Origin: Dehalococcoidales bacterium | GTDB lineage: Bacteria > Chloroflexota > Dehalococcoidia > Dehalococcoidales > BS750m-G39 | Reading direction: 5' to 3' | Assembly: GCA_016783245.1 (NCBI GenBank) | Contig: JADHWY010000003.1 | Coordinates: forward strand, 1-46,396 | DNA length: 46,396 nt | In this document: piece after piece, positions 10,316-20,967 of the stretch | Numbering within the stretch: position 1 is the first letter of the stretch | How the letters are laid out: each line of letters starts with the position of its first letter | The notes under the pieces: model-generated | The model's input: only the letters and a program-made list of their open reading frames with translations | The model's database searches: none | What the model was told of the DNA's origin: nothing | Made by a program: the position numbers and the translations under genes

Positions 10316-11035
10316 CTAAAAAACCTCCCTTGATATCCTGCCTTGGGGGTCAGGGGGGTCCCTTTCTCTCCCCAGATTCCCACCGGCTGCCAAATGGGCA
10401 AGCCGAGTAGGCTCAGGTAAACGATAACCACGGCAGCACTCCAGCACCCAGTAGATGGCAGCTTGAAGGTCAACCTTATGACCAATGGAAACATAGATAG
10501 GCTTTGTCCCTAGCTTGGTTCGCAGGGCTGCCCCTATAGTCTCACCCCCATCCACTACTTCAGTGTAGCTCCCAAGCTCATCCCCCGGCTCCCCATGCTG
10601 ACCACAAAGCAGTGATTTAGCACAACCAATCGTCGGCGTATTTAAAAAAAGCCCCAAGTGAGAGGCAAGCCCCATGCGCCTAGGATGAGCAATCCCCTGT
10701 CCATCAACCAGGATAAGGTCAGGAGTAAGAGTAAGTCTTTGGCAAGCAGCCAGGGTTAACGGTGCCTCTCTAAAGGATAAAAGACCCGGAACATAAGGAA
10801 AGCCAAGTTCCCCATTTACTATTTTTGTTTCCACTAGTCTAAGCTCGGGATAGTTTAAGACAACCACTGCCCCTGTAGCCATCCCTTGTGCTCTGTTTAC
10901 CGATATATCTACACCGGCTATAAACCGGGGGGTAGCCACCTCATTACTTCGGGAAACCTGTGATGCCAGCCTAAGCTGTATGTCTAAAGCCTGAGCAGTG
11001 CTAACCTGCCAACTGTGTAATATCTCTACCTTCAC
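10316..11035 (-). CDS. nfi: Endonuclease V (deoxyinosine 3' endonuclease)
   Basis: AGVD, FPYVPGLLSFRE, VDGQGIAHPRRMGLASHLG, GCAK and RLPEPTR motifs. Confidence 0.96.
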   Translation of the reverse strand: MKVEILHSWQVSTAQALDIQLRLASQVSRSNEVATPRFIAGVDISVNRAQGMATGAVVVLNYPELRLVETKIVNGELGFPYVPGLLSFREAPLTLAACQRLTLTPDLILVDGQGIAHPRRMGLASHLGLFLNTPTIGCAKSLLCGQHGEPGDELGSYTEVVDGGETIGAALRTKLGTKPIYVSIGHKVDLQAAIYWVLECCRGYRLPEPTRLAHLAAGGNLGRERDPPDPQGRISREVF

Positions 11036-11041
11036 ACCCTG

Positions 11042-11070
11042 ATTATAGACACAATAGGCTCCGCTGACAA
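11042..11070 (-). promoter_or_regulatory. Sigma70 promoter for the nfi-prfB operon, probably leaderless
   Basis: TTGTCA-N17-TATAAT, 6 nt before the nfi GTG. Confidence 0.7.
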
Positions 11071-11097
11071 CTATTGTTTTAACAAAGTTGTTTGGCG

Positions 11098-11176
11098 ACC
11101 TATCTCCCTGACCCCCCTTCCCCCATTAAGGGAAAGGTGGTGTAAATAAGAAGGGAAGATTAAGGGAGTGAGGTTA
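11098..11176. repeat. Degenerate copy of intergenic G/C-tract palindromic repeat
   Basis: ACCTATCTCCCTGACCCCCCTTCCCCCATTAAGGGAAAGG plus inverted tail GATTAAGGGAGTGAGGTTA; resembles the 15353 and 24284 copies. Confidence 0.55.
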
Positions 11177-11200
11177 GCAAAGAGTCTCTCTTAGCCACCA

Positions 11201-11230
11201 TTGACAAGTCACACAATTATAGCGCATAAT
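11201..11230 (+). promoter_or_regulatory. Putative sigma70 promoter for rpsP-khpA-rimM
   Basis: TTGACA-N18-CATAAT. Confidence 0.5.
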
Positions 11231-11255
11231 AGCCTATAAAGAAGACTGGATAAAA

Positions 11256-11618
11256 TTGGTAAAGATCAGATTACGCCGCGTAGGAGCCAAGAAAAAGCCG
11301 AGTTATCGCCTAGTAGTAGCTGATGCTCGAACTCCCCGGGATGGAGCATTTATTGCCATTATTGGTCACTATAATCCTCTGACCAACCCGGAAACAGTAA
11401 TTATTGATGAGGAAAAAGCACGCCACTGGCTAAGCCAGGGAGCCCAACCCACAGATACCGCCGCCAGGCTGCTGGCTAAAGCCGGCATTATCGAAGAACC
11501 CGAAGCCGGCATCACCGAAAAACCCAAAGCAAGTAAGAAGAAAACCAAGGTTGGTGTCACCGAAAAACCCGAAGCCAGCATTACTGAAGAACCTGAAACA
11601 AGCAAGGAGAAAACATGA
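11256..11618 (+). CDS. rpsP: 30S ribosomal protein S16 with repetitive C-terminal extension
   Basis: [34 protein letters not shown]; TTG start. Confidence 0.97.
   Translation: MVKIRLRRVGAKKKPSYRLVVADARTPRDGAFIAIIGHYNPLTNPETVIIDEEKARHWLSQGAQPTDTAARLLAKAGIIEEPEAGITEKPKASKKKTKVGVTEKPEASITEEPETSKEKT
11481..11615 (+). repeat. Coding tandem repeat in the S16 tail (four 24-nt units in a 69-nt higher-order duplication)
   Basis: Units encode [32 protein letters not shown], with ASKKKT/TSKEKT spacers. Confidence 0.8.
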
Positions 11619-11842
11619 AAGAACTAATTGAATACATCGCCAAATCCATTGTAAATTCACCTGATGATGTGGTAGTTACCGAGGAGACCGATGAGCAGGG
11701 CACAACGTTCAAATTACAGGTCGCTGATGATGATAAGGGAAGGGTTATCGGCAAGCAAGGTCGTGTAGCTCAAGCCATACGCACCTTGATCAGGGTAAAA
11801 GCAGCTAAACAAGGCACCAGGGCTAGTCTCGAGATTCTCTAA
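11615..11842 (+). CDS. khpA: KH-domain RNA-binding protein KhpA
   Basis: [12 protein letters not shown] motif; ATGA overlap with rpsP; canonical position. Confidence 0.93.
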   Translation: MKELIEYIAKSIVNSPDDVVVTEETDEQGTTFKLQVADDDKGRVIGKQGRVAQAIRTLIRVKAAKQGTRASLEIL

Positions 11843-11862
11843 GAATAGCTCAATAACCAGGA

Positions 11863-12378
11863 ATGAAATCGCCTGGGTTGGAATTTATAATCATTGGTCA
11901 AGTTGTAGCCCCACGGGGTATTAAGGGCAAACTAAAGGTAGAGGTAGTAACCGATTTCCCTCAACGCTTTGCCCCTCGTTCCCAGATCTACATTAACCGA
12001 GAGCCTATGACTATTGCCAGCACCGAGTGGCATAAGGGGAAGGCAATAATCAAGCTAGACACCATTGATAGTATTGAAGAGGCTGAAAAGCTGCGGGGGC
12101 AAGCAATAGAAATACACCATAGCCAACTTCAGCCTCTCCCTGAAGGGCAGTATTACCACTTTCAACTCATCGGGTTGGAGGTATGGACAACCCAAGAGGA
12201 ACTGCTGGGAACTGTCACTGAAATCCTAACTGCAGAGAGTAATGATAACTATGTAGTTCGTGGAGCTAAAGGAGAGATTCTTATTCCAGCCATTGAGGAT
12301 GTAGTAAAGTCCGTTGACCTTGATAAAGGGCGTATAACCATTGAAGCTATTGAGGGATTGCTAGGCTTAAATCGTTAG
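11863..12378 (+). CDS. rimM: Ribosome maturation factor RimM
   Basis: GIKGKLKV, YYHFQLIGLEV, ILIPAI; follows rpsP-khpA. Confidence 0.95.
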   Translation: MKSPGLEFIIIGQVVAPRGIKGKLKVEVVTDFPQRFAPRSQIYINREPMTIASTEWHKGKAIIKLDTIDSIEEAEKLRGQAIEIHHSQLQPLPEGQYYHFQLIGLEVWTTQEELLGTVTEILTAESNDNYVVRGAKGEILIPAIEDVVKSVDLDKGRITIEAIEGLLGLNR

Positions 12379-12383
12379 CCAGA

Positions 12384-12803
12384 TTAGACTCCGGGCTTTC
12401 TTTTCCTCCTCCCCACCACCTTGAGGCGGGCAAGAGAGCGACGCAGCGCTGCCTCAGCCTGAGCTGTATCTACCTCAGGAGCATGGCGGCTAAGTAGCTC
12501 CTCAGCTCGGCGCTTTGCCTCCTCAGCTCGAGCTATGTCAATTTCCTCAACCCTCTCAGCAGCATCAGCCAGAACTATAATCCTGTCAGGGCGCACCTCA
12601 AGGAAGCCTCCAGAAATGACTAAGGAGAACTCCTCCCCACCCCTCCTTATCCGAAGCTCACCGGGCAACAACATGGTCATCAGAGGTGCATGATGGGGTA
12701 GGATTCCCAATTGACCCTCAACCCCGGGAGCAACAACCACATCCACATCCTCTGAGAAAACCACTCGCTCCGCAGTAACAATATCAAGCCTTGTAGTAGC
12801 CAT
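12384..12803 (-). CDS. atpC: F1 ATP synthase epsilon subunit
   Basis: [18 protein letters not shown]. Confidence 0.96.
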   Translation of the reverse strand: MATTRLDIVTAERVVFSEDVDVVVAPGVEGQLGILPHHAPLMTMLLPGELRIRRGGEEFSLVISGGFLEVRPDRIIVLADAAERVEEIDIARAEEAKRRAEELLSRHAPEVDTAQAEAALRRSLARLKVVGRRKRKPGV

Positions 12804-12808
12804 CGACC

Positions 12809-14475
<1,667 letters not shown>

Positions 14476-14490
14476 TAGTAAACCTCCTTT

Positions 14491-15348
14491 CTAAGCTAGA
14501 GCCGCAGCTCCGCCAGTAATGTCTAGGAGTTCTTTAGTTATTGACTCCTGTCGTGCTTTATTATACATGAGGGTTAACTCCTCAATAAGCTCGTTAGCAT
14601 TATCAGTGGCATTCCGCATCGCCACCATCCTGGCTGACTGCTCACTGGCAATGGATTCCAGAATAGCATGATATACTTGCATCTCCACAAATCTTGGTAA
14701 AAGCTCGCCTAATACTACCGCAGGACCTGGTTCATATATATAGTCTACATTCTGTGCCCTGGGTATAGCTGCCGGTTCAACAGGAAGTATCTGCTGCATA
14801 ATTGGTCTCTGGACCATTGTGGAAACGAATTGAGCATAAACTAAGTAGACCAAGTCTATAATGCCACTAGTGTAGTCATCGATAATGATACGAGATATAG
14901 GCAGGGTGTCCAGCAAGCTGGGTCGGTCGCCAAGCGCAGTAAACTCAGCACGAATATCTCGACTATATCGCTTCATAAAATCCCTCCCCTTACGACCGAC
15001 AGTAATAAGGGCAACTGGTATACTCTGCTCCAGGATAAAGCTTGCTGTCCTGCGGCTGATACTAGTATTAAGCCCGCCACACAAACCGCGGTCAGGGGTA
15101 ATATGCACTATAGCGATTTTAGTTACCGCTCTACGCTGCAACAACGGATGCTGTGCTTCACCCTCCCGGGGCAAAGCAGCTAGGTCTGCCATCACCTGGT
15201 GAATCTTCTCAGAATAAGGTCGCCCAGCCAAGCCACGCTCCTGCGCCCGCCTCATCTTCGAGGTGGCAATCATCTCCATAGCCCGGGTAATCTTGGCTGT
15301 AGACTGAATGCCACGTACTCTACGACGAATTAAGCGAATATTAGCCAA
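14491..15348 (-). CDS. atpG: F1 ATP synthase gamma subunit
   Basis: KITRAMEMIA, DRGLCGGLN, NKARQESITKELLDI. Confidence 0.98.
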   Translation of the reverse strand: MANIRLIRRRVRGIQSTAKITRAMEMIATSKMRRAQERGLAGRPYSEKIHQVMADLAALPREGEAQHPLLQRRAVTKIAIVHITPDRGLCGGLNTSISRRTASFILEQSIPVALITVGRKGRDFMKRYSRDIRAEFTALGDRPSLLDTLPISRIIIDDYTSGIIDLVYLVYAQFVSTMVQRPIMQQILPVEPAAIPRAQNVDYIYEPGPAVVLGELLPRFVEMQVYHAILESIASEQSARMVAMRNATDNANELIEELTLMYNKARQESITKELLDITGGAAALA

Positions 15349-15352
15349 TCTT

Positions 15353-15445
15353 TAACCTCTCCCCCTTAATCCCCCTCTCCATAATATGGATATATATTCC
15401 TATCATGGGGGGACATGGTTCTTGAAGGGGCAAAGCCCCTTCAAG
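15353..15445. repeat. Intergenic palindromic repeat between atpA and atpG
   Basis: C-tract head plus perfect hairpin CTTGAAGGGGC-AAA-GCCCCTTCAAG (15421-15445). Confidence 0.75.
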
Positions 15446-16960
15446 CTATCCCGAATAATGGCCCTGTTTAAACTCTGAAATAGCTGCTTTTAATGCCTCT
15501 TCAGTCTCAGGGCTAATATCCTCCTCCCTAGCGATAGTCTCACCTATCTCAGGGTGATTTGCCTCCATAAATCTATGGAAGGCAGTCTCAAAAGCAGTGA
15601 TTTTATCTACAGGTGTATCATCAAGATAACCGTTAATAGCCGCATAAAGAATCATAACCTGCTTTTCCAATGGCATAGGGACATGCTGAGTTTGCTTTAA
15701 GATTTCAGTGATTCGCTGACCACGCTCAAGCTGGGCTCTGGTTGACTTGTCCAGTTCGGTAGCGCCAAATTGAGCAAAGGCAGCTAACTCCCGATATTGA
15801 GCCAGCTCCAGTCTGAGTCTACCCGCCACCTGCTTCATCGCCTTAGTCTGAGCCGCGCTACCAACCCTAGATACTGACAAGCCTACATTTAATGCTGGCC
15901 TGATACCAGCATTAAATAGGTCTGTTTCCAGATAAATCTGACCATCAGTAATAGAGATAACATTAGTTGGGATATAGGCAGATACATCACCGGCCTGTGT
16001 TTCAATAATAGGTAAAGCGGTGAGAGAGCCACCACCATATTCAGGGGCATATTTAGCTGCCCTCTCAAGCAAGCGACTGTGCAGATAGAAAACATCACCA
16101 GGATAAGCCTCCCGCCCAGGTGGACGGCGCAGCAAGAGTGAAAGCTGCCGATAGGCCCAACCATGCTTAGAAAGGTCATCATAGATAACTAAAACATCCC
16201 TTCCCTGCTCCATGAACTCCTCGCCCATAGCGCAACCGGCATAAGGGGCGAGATATTGCATGGCAGCCGAATCAGCGGCATTAGCCACCACTACTATGGT
16301 ATGCTCCATAGCCCCATGAGCCTCTAAGGTAGCTACTACTCGTGCCACCTTGGATGTTTTCTGACCAATGGCAACATAGATACAGATTAAGTCGCCACTC
16401 TTTTGATTGATAATGGTATCAAGGGTAATAACTGTCTTCCCTGTTGAGCGGTCGCCGATAATAAGCTCTCTTTGCCCCCGACCTAAAGGAATCATACTAT
16501 CTATAGCCTTAATACCGGTTTGCACTGGGGTATCCACCGACTTACGCAGCGTAACATTGGGAGCCACCCGCTCCATAGGTCGAGTCTTATCAGTCTTTAC
16601 CAAACCCTTGCCATCCAAGGGACGACCTAAGGAATCAACCACCCTGCCAATAAGGGCTTCACCTACAGGCACCTCTGCTATTCGACCTGTGCAACGCACC
16701 TCATCCCCTTCCCTAATCTCGGTATAATCACTAATGACAATGGCGGCAACACTATCTTCCTCCAAGTTCAGGGCAATCCCCATAATCTCGTTGGGAAATT
16801 GAAGTAGCTCATTATACTTGGCTGCTGCTAGACCATGAATCCTGGCAATACCATCGCCAATCTCAATCACGGTGCCGACATCTACCATGGTTACCGGTGC
16901 ACCAAACTGCTCAATCTGCTGTTTGATAACAGAAACAATGTCCTGCCCTCTTATTGTCAC
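15446..16960 (-). CDS. atpA: F1 ATP synthase alpha subunit
   Basis: [30 protein letters not shown]; GTG 16960 preferred over 16969 (AGGAGG 8 nt upstream). Confidence 0.98.
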   Translation of the reverse strand: MTIRGQDIVSVIKQQIEQFGAPVTMVDVGTVIEIGDGIARIHGLAAAKYNELLQFPNEIMGIALNLEEDSVAAIVISDYTEIREGDEVRCTGRIAEVPVGEALIGRVVDSLGRPLDGKGLVKTDKTRPMERVAPNVTLRKSVDTPVQTGIKAIDSMIPLGRGQRELIIGDRSTGKTVITLDTIINQKSGDLICIYVAIGQKTSKVARVVATLEAHGAMEHTIVVVANAADSAAMQYLAPYAGCAMGEEFMEQGRDVLVIYDDLSKHGWAYRQLSLLLRRPPGREAYPGDVFYLHSRLLERAAKYAPEYGGGSLTALPIIETQAGDVSAYIPTNVISITDGQIYLETDLFNAGIRPALNVGLSVSRVGSAAQTKAMKQVAGRLRLELAQYRELAAFAQFGATELDKSTRAQLERGQRITEILKQTQHVPMPLEKQVMILYAAINGYLDDTPVDKITAFETAFHRFMEANHPEIGETIAREEDISPETEEALKAAISEFKQGHYSG

Positions 16961-16985
16961 TTGGGCCACCTCCTTACTAGCTTCC

Positions 16986-17528
16986 TCATCTTACCTCCCC
17001 ACTGGCCAACTCGTTTTTTAACGCCATCAGTTTACTATGGGTACTACCGTCCAGCAACTTGCCACCAATCCTAGCTATAATCCCACCTACTAGGCTAGAG
17101 TCTACTTTAGGCTTGAGCACCACCTTCTTGTCAACCAAAGCCCCAAGATATTCTTCCAACCTCTGCCTATCTTCGTCATCAAGCGGAATAGCGGTAATAA
17201 CCTCAGCCTGTTCTATACCACGATAGCTATCCAATAGACGCTGATACTCGTCAGCAATATCACCTGCCATATCCAGTCTGCCTCTAGTTACTAATAAATA
17301 AGCCAGATTCAACGCTAGGGGGTTTATATCATCCAGTCGTTCGGATAACAGCCTAGCTTTATCCTCAAAATGGACCTTAGGATTCTCCAGTAGAGCAACA
17401 AATGTGGCATCCTCACCCAGACTGGCAATCTTTCTCAGGTCAGACTGCCATCTATCTAACTCATTTCTCTCCAGGGCAATGCTGAACACTGCCCGGGAAT
17501 AGCGCCTAGCATAACTCCTTCTCGCCAC
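16986..17528 (-). CDS. atpH: F1 ATP synthase delta subunit
   Basis: [22 protein letters not shown]. Confidence 0.95.
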   Translation of the reverse strand: MARRSYARRYSRAVFSIALERNELDRWQSDLRKIASLGEDATFVALLENPKVHFEDKARLLSERLDDINPLALNLAYLLVTRGRLDMAGDIADEYQRLLDSYRGIEQAEVITAIPLDDEDRQRLEEYLGALVDKKVVLKPKVDSSLVGGIIARIGGKLLDGSTHSKLMALKNELASGEVR

Positions 17529-17578
17529 GCTATCTCCTCAAATAAGATGGCTAACCTTTTTAAGGTTGTTTATCAACC

Positions 17579-18088
17579 TCAACCCTTTTTCAGTTGGGTG
17601 CTTTCTTCCAGCACCCTATCAATAATCTGACGGTGGGCTTTTTTATCTAAAGAACGGTCAATCACCTTCTCCGCCGCCAGTATAGTTAGGTCGGCAAACT
17701 CCTTACGCAACTCACCAATAGCCTCATCTCGCTCTCGCTGAATCTCAGCGCGTGCCTTAGCAATAAGGGATTCGGCTTCCTGTCTAGATTGTTGCTCTGC
17801 CCCCCGTCTAACCTCCTCCCCGGTTCGCATCGCTCGTGCTATTACCTCCTGCCCTTCCTTACTAGCTGCCTCGATCCGCTCTGCTGCCTCCTCCTCGGCA
17901 CGCGCCGCTTGCTGCTTAATAAACTCTGTCCGCTCCATACTCTCCTTGATCTTCCTGGAACGCTCATCCAGCATCCTCATAATCGGCTTATAGGCAACCA
18001 GATATAAAAGACCGAAAAGGATAACAAAGTTTATAATCTGTGCCAGCAGCGTTGGCATGCTTATGCCAAGACTTGCTAGACCTCCCAT
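17579..18088 (-). CDS. atpF: Fo ATP synthase subunit b
   Basis: QIINFVILFGLL TM helix, YKPI...LDER, coiled coil. Confidence 0.95.
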   Translation of the reverse strand: MGGLASLGISMPTLLAQIINFVILFGLLYLVAYKPIMRMLDERSRKIKESMERTEFIKQQAARAEEEAAERIEAASKEGQEVIARAMRTGEEVRRGAEQQSRQEAESLIAKARAEIQRERDEAIGELRKEFADLTILAAEKVIDRSLDKKAHRQIIDRVLEESTQLKKG

Positions 18089-18107
18089 TTTCCACCTCCC
18101 TAGTGCA

Positions 18108-18218
18108 TTATAATGCTAAAAACATCACCGCAATTATTAATCCAATGAGAAACATCGCTCCCACAATCACCCCTACAAATAAAACCGCTATTGACATAGG
18201 TATTCCATTTTGTTCCAT
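18108..18218 (-). CDS. Uncalled 36-aa single-pass membrane microprotein between atpE and atpF
   Basis: RBS GAGGAG then ATG; MEQNGIPMSIAVLFVGVIVGAMFLIGLIIAVMFLAL-stop; below the ORF-track size cutoff. Confidence 0.7.
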   Translation of the reverse strand: MEQNGIPMSIAVLFVGVIVGAMFLIGLIIAVMFLAL

Positions 18219-18240
18219 AATTTCTCTCCTCTTATCCTTA

Positions 18241-18471
18241 CTATACAATCATGGCCAGGATGATGGCTATAATCAGGGCATAAATGCCGATAGCCTCAGC
18301 GAAGGCAGTAACCAGAATCATGTTGGTCATTATAGGACCACTTGCCTCAGGGTTGCGAGCCAACCCTTGCAAAGCCGAATAGCCGATAAGTCCGATGGCC
18401 AATGCTGGTCCCAATAACCCCAGACTAGCCGCCAACCCTACCGCTAATAATTTCATTACTTCTGGTTCCAT
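18241..18471 (-). CDS. atpE: Fo ATP synthase subunit c (H+-type)
   Basis: Two TM helices, ARNPE loop, carboxylate in AEAIGIY. Confidence 0.97.
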   Translation of the reverse strand: MEPEVMKLLAVGLAASLGLLGPALAIGLIGYSALQGLARNPEASGPIMTNMILVTAFAEAIGIYALIIAIILAMIV

Positions 18472-18507
18472 TTTTCTCCTCCTTTCATAATTGGATATGA
18501 AACAGAA

Positions 18508-19467
18508 TTAAGCTGCTTCCCCTCCGTGAGAGGCAACAGCAACGGTAAGAAACACCAGGGTTAACCCACCAAAGATAAGGGCCTGGACAAAGCCGACAAG
18601 TAACTCAAGCCCGTAGAACGGTAAGGCAAATAACCATGGGATAAGGAACATCGCCATCAGAAGCAATATCTCGCCAGCCGTCATATTGCCAAAAAGACGG
18701 AAGGTAAAGCTAACGATACGCACTAATTCGCTCAGCGCCTCCAAAAAACCAACAAAAATGTTGATGGCTCCAGTGATTAATCCACTTAAGCTAGCACGGA
18801 GCCCGCCTCTAAATAGCTGGCCTATACTTCTGAAGAACTGACCTACATTGACAAACTTTCCCAGATAATGAAAACCGCGCGACCTTAGACCAAAGAACTC
18901 GACAAAGACAAAGGACATGAGAGCCAAAGCCAGAGGCATATTGATATCGGTATTGGCACCCCGTAGCAAATGCACCTCACCCTCTGCTGTTTCAACAGTT
19001 ATTGAGCCAAACCCGGGAAGTAGACTCAGCCAGGCATTCAGGGCAACAAAGAGAAAGATAGTAGCCACCACCGGAAAGAATCGGCGCCCATTTTTCTCAC
19101 CGGCGACACTCTGGCAAAAGTTATAGAGCCAACCAAGGAAGGATTCAAAAAGGCTTTGCAATCTGGAGGGGATAAGCTTCATCCGACGAGTAACTGCGTA
19201 TGAAAATCCCACCAAGAAGATAATAGTAAACCAAGCACCGATAACACTATTAGTAATGGGAAAGCCAAACAGGTGGAAAACCACCTCAGCAGGAAGCTCA
19301 GGGTGTGGTTGGTCAACAGCGAGCCAGCTAGGTAGCCCCAAATCGCCAAACATGCTCTTGCCTAAGGGACCTATGGCAAAACCAACTACAAAGAGAACAA
19401 GGAAGACAAGCAAAACCCCAACTATAACAGGGAAAGAGCAACCTAAGCAGCCCTTTTTTTCTGGCAC
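18508..19467 (-). CDS. atpB: Fo ATP synthase subunit a (long form)
   Basis: SFTFRLFGNMTAGE, VGFVQALIF. Confidence 0.95.
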   Translation of the reverse strand: MPEKKGCLGCSFPVIVGVLLVFLVLFVVGFAIGPLGKSMFGDLGLPSWLAVDQPHPELPAEVVFHLFGFPITNSVIGAWFTIIFLVGFSYAVTRRMKLIPSRLQSLFESFLGWLYNFCQSVAGEKNGRRFFPVVATIFLFVALNAWLSLLPGFGSITVETAEGEVHLLRGANTDINMPLALALMSFVFVEFFGLRSRGFHYLGKFVNVGQFFRSIGQLFRGGLRASLSGLITGAINIFVGFLEALSELVRIVSFTFRLFGNMTAGEILLLMAMFLIPWLFALPFYGLELLVGFVQALIFGGLTLVFLTVAVASHGGEAA

Positions 19468-19691
19468 TAGCTATTCTCCTTGTCTCGCTTGTCACGCATG
19501 AGAGGTAGAAGCATCTGATAAACGCCATAGAAAGCAACAATTATGCCTAATAGTAAACCGACAATCACTAAAAAAGGTTCAGTATTAAACTTGCTATCAG
19601 CCCAAAGACCAGCAAATACACCCCCAGCAATTGCACCGCCGATGAAAAAGCCTACACCTGTTAGCCTTAAAGCTGCAACCAACCTGCTCAC
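19467..19691 (-). CDS. AtpZ/AtpI family two-TM protein
   Basis: GLWADSKFNTEP...GLLLG; first gene of the atp operon. Confidence 0.85.
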   Translation of the reverse strand: MSRLVAALRLTGVGFFIGGAIAGGVFAGLWADSKFNTEPFLVIVGLLLGIIVAFYGVYQMLLPLMRDKRDKENS

Positions 19692-19700
19692 GCCTTGAGC

Positions 19701-19729
19701 AGCATATCAAATCTACTACCTTTGGTCAA
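19701..19729 (-). promoter_or_regulatory. Sigma70 promoter of the atp operon
   Basis: TTGACC-N17-TATGCT with extended TG; 9 nt before the first GTG. Confidence 0.65.
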
Positions 19730-19746
19730 GCTCGCCCTTGGTCACT

Positions 19747-19780
19747 AAAAAAGCCCTAGACCTTCTATTCCCAGGGCTCT
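19747..19780 (-). terminator. Putative intrinsic terminator downstream of the DUF151/Zn-ribbon pair
   Basis: GAGCCCTGGG...TCTAGGGCTT stem followed by a T-run on the minus strand. Confidence 0.6.
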
Positions 19781-19803
19781 TTATTATCAAACTCACAGAT
19801 TGC

Positions 19804-20145
19804 CTATTTCCGACTAAAAAGTCGAGAAATGTCTCCACCAAAATCCTTTAAGAAATTATGCATATCTAGCACCTCATCAGCCGTTAGCTTACCCTCATTC
19901 CTGAACTTATCTAATTCCACCTCAGTGAGGTCAGTAATAACCTCAGGCATTCTTCCTTCTCTGATTACTGCTGCCACTAAATACTGGGTATGGCAAGCTG
20001 AACAAAACACCTTCAAAAACCACAAATCTTCCTGGTAACCTAGAACACTAATATTATCTGGCTCATAACACTGCCCGCAAACGCCACACTCCATTGAAGC
20101 CATCACCCTCTTAATAAGACCTTCTTCCATCAATTCAGCCCCCAA
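19804..20145 (-). CDS. Hypothetical protein with CxxC...CxxC zinc ribbon
   Basis: CGVC and CSAC pairs; start may be ATG 20130. Confidence 0.75.
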   Translation of the reverse strand: MGAELMEEGLIKRVMASMECGVCGQCYEPDNISVLGYQEDLWFLKVFCSACHTQYLVAAVIREGRMPEVITDLTEVELDKFRNEGKLTADEVLDMHNFLKDFGGDISRLFSRK

Positions 20146-20173
20146 ACCTGCCTAAGGCGGAAAAAGTCCTGGG

Positions 20174-20728
20174 CTAAGATTTATGCTTATCAAAGTCCTC
20201 TAAATCAAGGGTGTTAATGAAATCATAGAAAGCGGACATCTTTTTTATCTCTTCTTCACTGACCTTCTTGTCTCCGCCACCAGCCTCACCCATTTCCCCC
20301 TCTTGGGAGATAGGTTTACCCGTCTCCTTGTCTAATAAGATGCCTGCTTTATCTAAGACCACCTCCTCAGCATAGATAGGCACATCCGCCCTTACCGCCA
20401 ACGCCAGTGCATCACTGGGGCGAGAGTCGACCTCCATTTGCCCCCCATCTACATTAAGAACAATCTTGGCATAAAAGGTATCATTCTTAAGCTCGCTGAC
20501 GATGATAGAGTTGATAGTAGCCCCTAGGGCATCAATGACCGAGCGCAATAAGTCATGAGTTAAAGGTCTTGGTACAGTAACATCCTGAAGTTTTACTGCG
20601 ATAGCATCTGCTTCCGCCGGACCTATCCAGATAGGTAAGTAACGATCTGCTATCTTTTCTTTCAGAATCACTACCCGTTGATAGTTCATCAGGCTAACCC
20701 TAATACTATCAATAGTCATCTCTATCAT
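20174..20728 (-). CDS. Bifunctional nuclease family protein (DUF151)
   Basis: LPIWIG, RPLTHDLL, DSRPSDALALA; ATG 20728 follows AGGAGGTG. Confidence 0.92.
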   Translation of the reverse strand: MIEMTIDSIRVSLMNYQRVVILKEKIADRYLPIWIGPAEADAIAVKLQDVTVPRPLTHDLLRSVIDALGATINSIIVSELKNDTFYAKIVLNVDGGQMEVDSRPSDALALAVRADVPIYAEEVVLDKAGILLDKETGKPISQEGEMGEAGGGDKKVSEEEIKKMSAFYDFINTLDLEDFDKHKS

Positions 20729-20762
20729 AGTCACACCTCCTCTACTTCTCACCAGCATCTAA

Positions 20763-20791
20763 ATTTTACCCCACATCACCTCCACTGTCAA
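20763..20791 (-). promoter_or_regulatory. Sigma70 promoter for the DUF151 gene
   Basis: TTGACA-N17-TAAAAT. Confidence 0.7.
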
Positions 20792-20844
20792 TAAGAAAGA
20801 CCTCAAGGTTACCCCCTATAGCATTTAGCTAAATCGCCCCATTA

Positions 20845-20853
20845 TGGTATAAT
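20845..20853 (+). promoter_or_regulatory. Extended -10 promoter for ppsA
   Basis: TGG-TATAAT about 115 nt upstream of the GTG; palindrome ATTTAGCTAAAT over the -35 region. Confidence 0.5.
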
Positions 20854-20967
20854 AAACAATAATTATAAAGTAGAAACTTCAATTCGCCCAAGCCAAAAAC
20901 AGTGAACAAAAGCTTGCCATTTGGTTCCCTAATCCCCCATAAAAGATAGGTGTAAGGAGGTATAACT

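Noticed and set aside
11481-11615. CRISPR-like array
   Set aside because: In-frame degenerate coding repeats without unique spacers; no cas genes
18040-18417. 125-aa plus-strand ORF
   Set aside because: Antisense shadow of atpE, the microprotein and atpF
18241-18471. Na+-translocating ATP synthase or N-ATPase
   Set aside because: Na+ ligands are absent, and gene order with a separate delta subunit is standard F-type
20854-20967. Riboswitch in the long ppsA leader
   Set aside because: No recognisable aptamer motif or stable stems by eye; an Rfam scan would settle it
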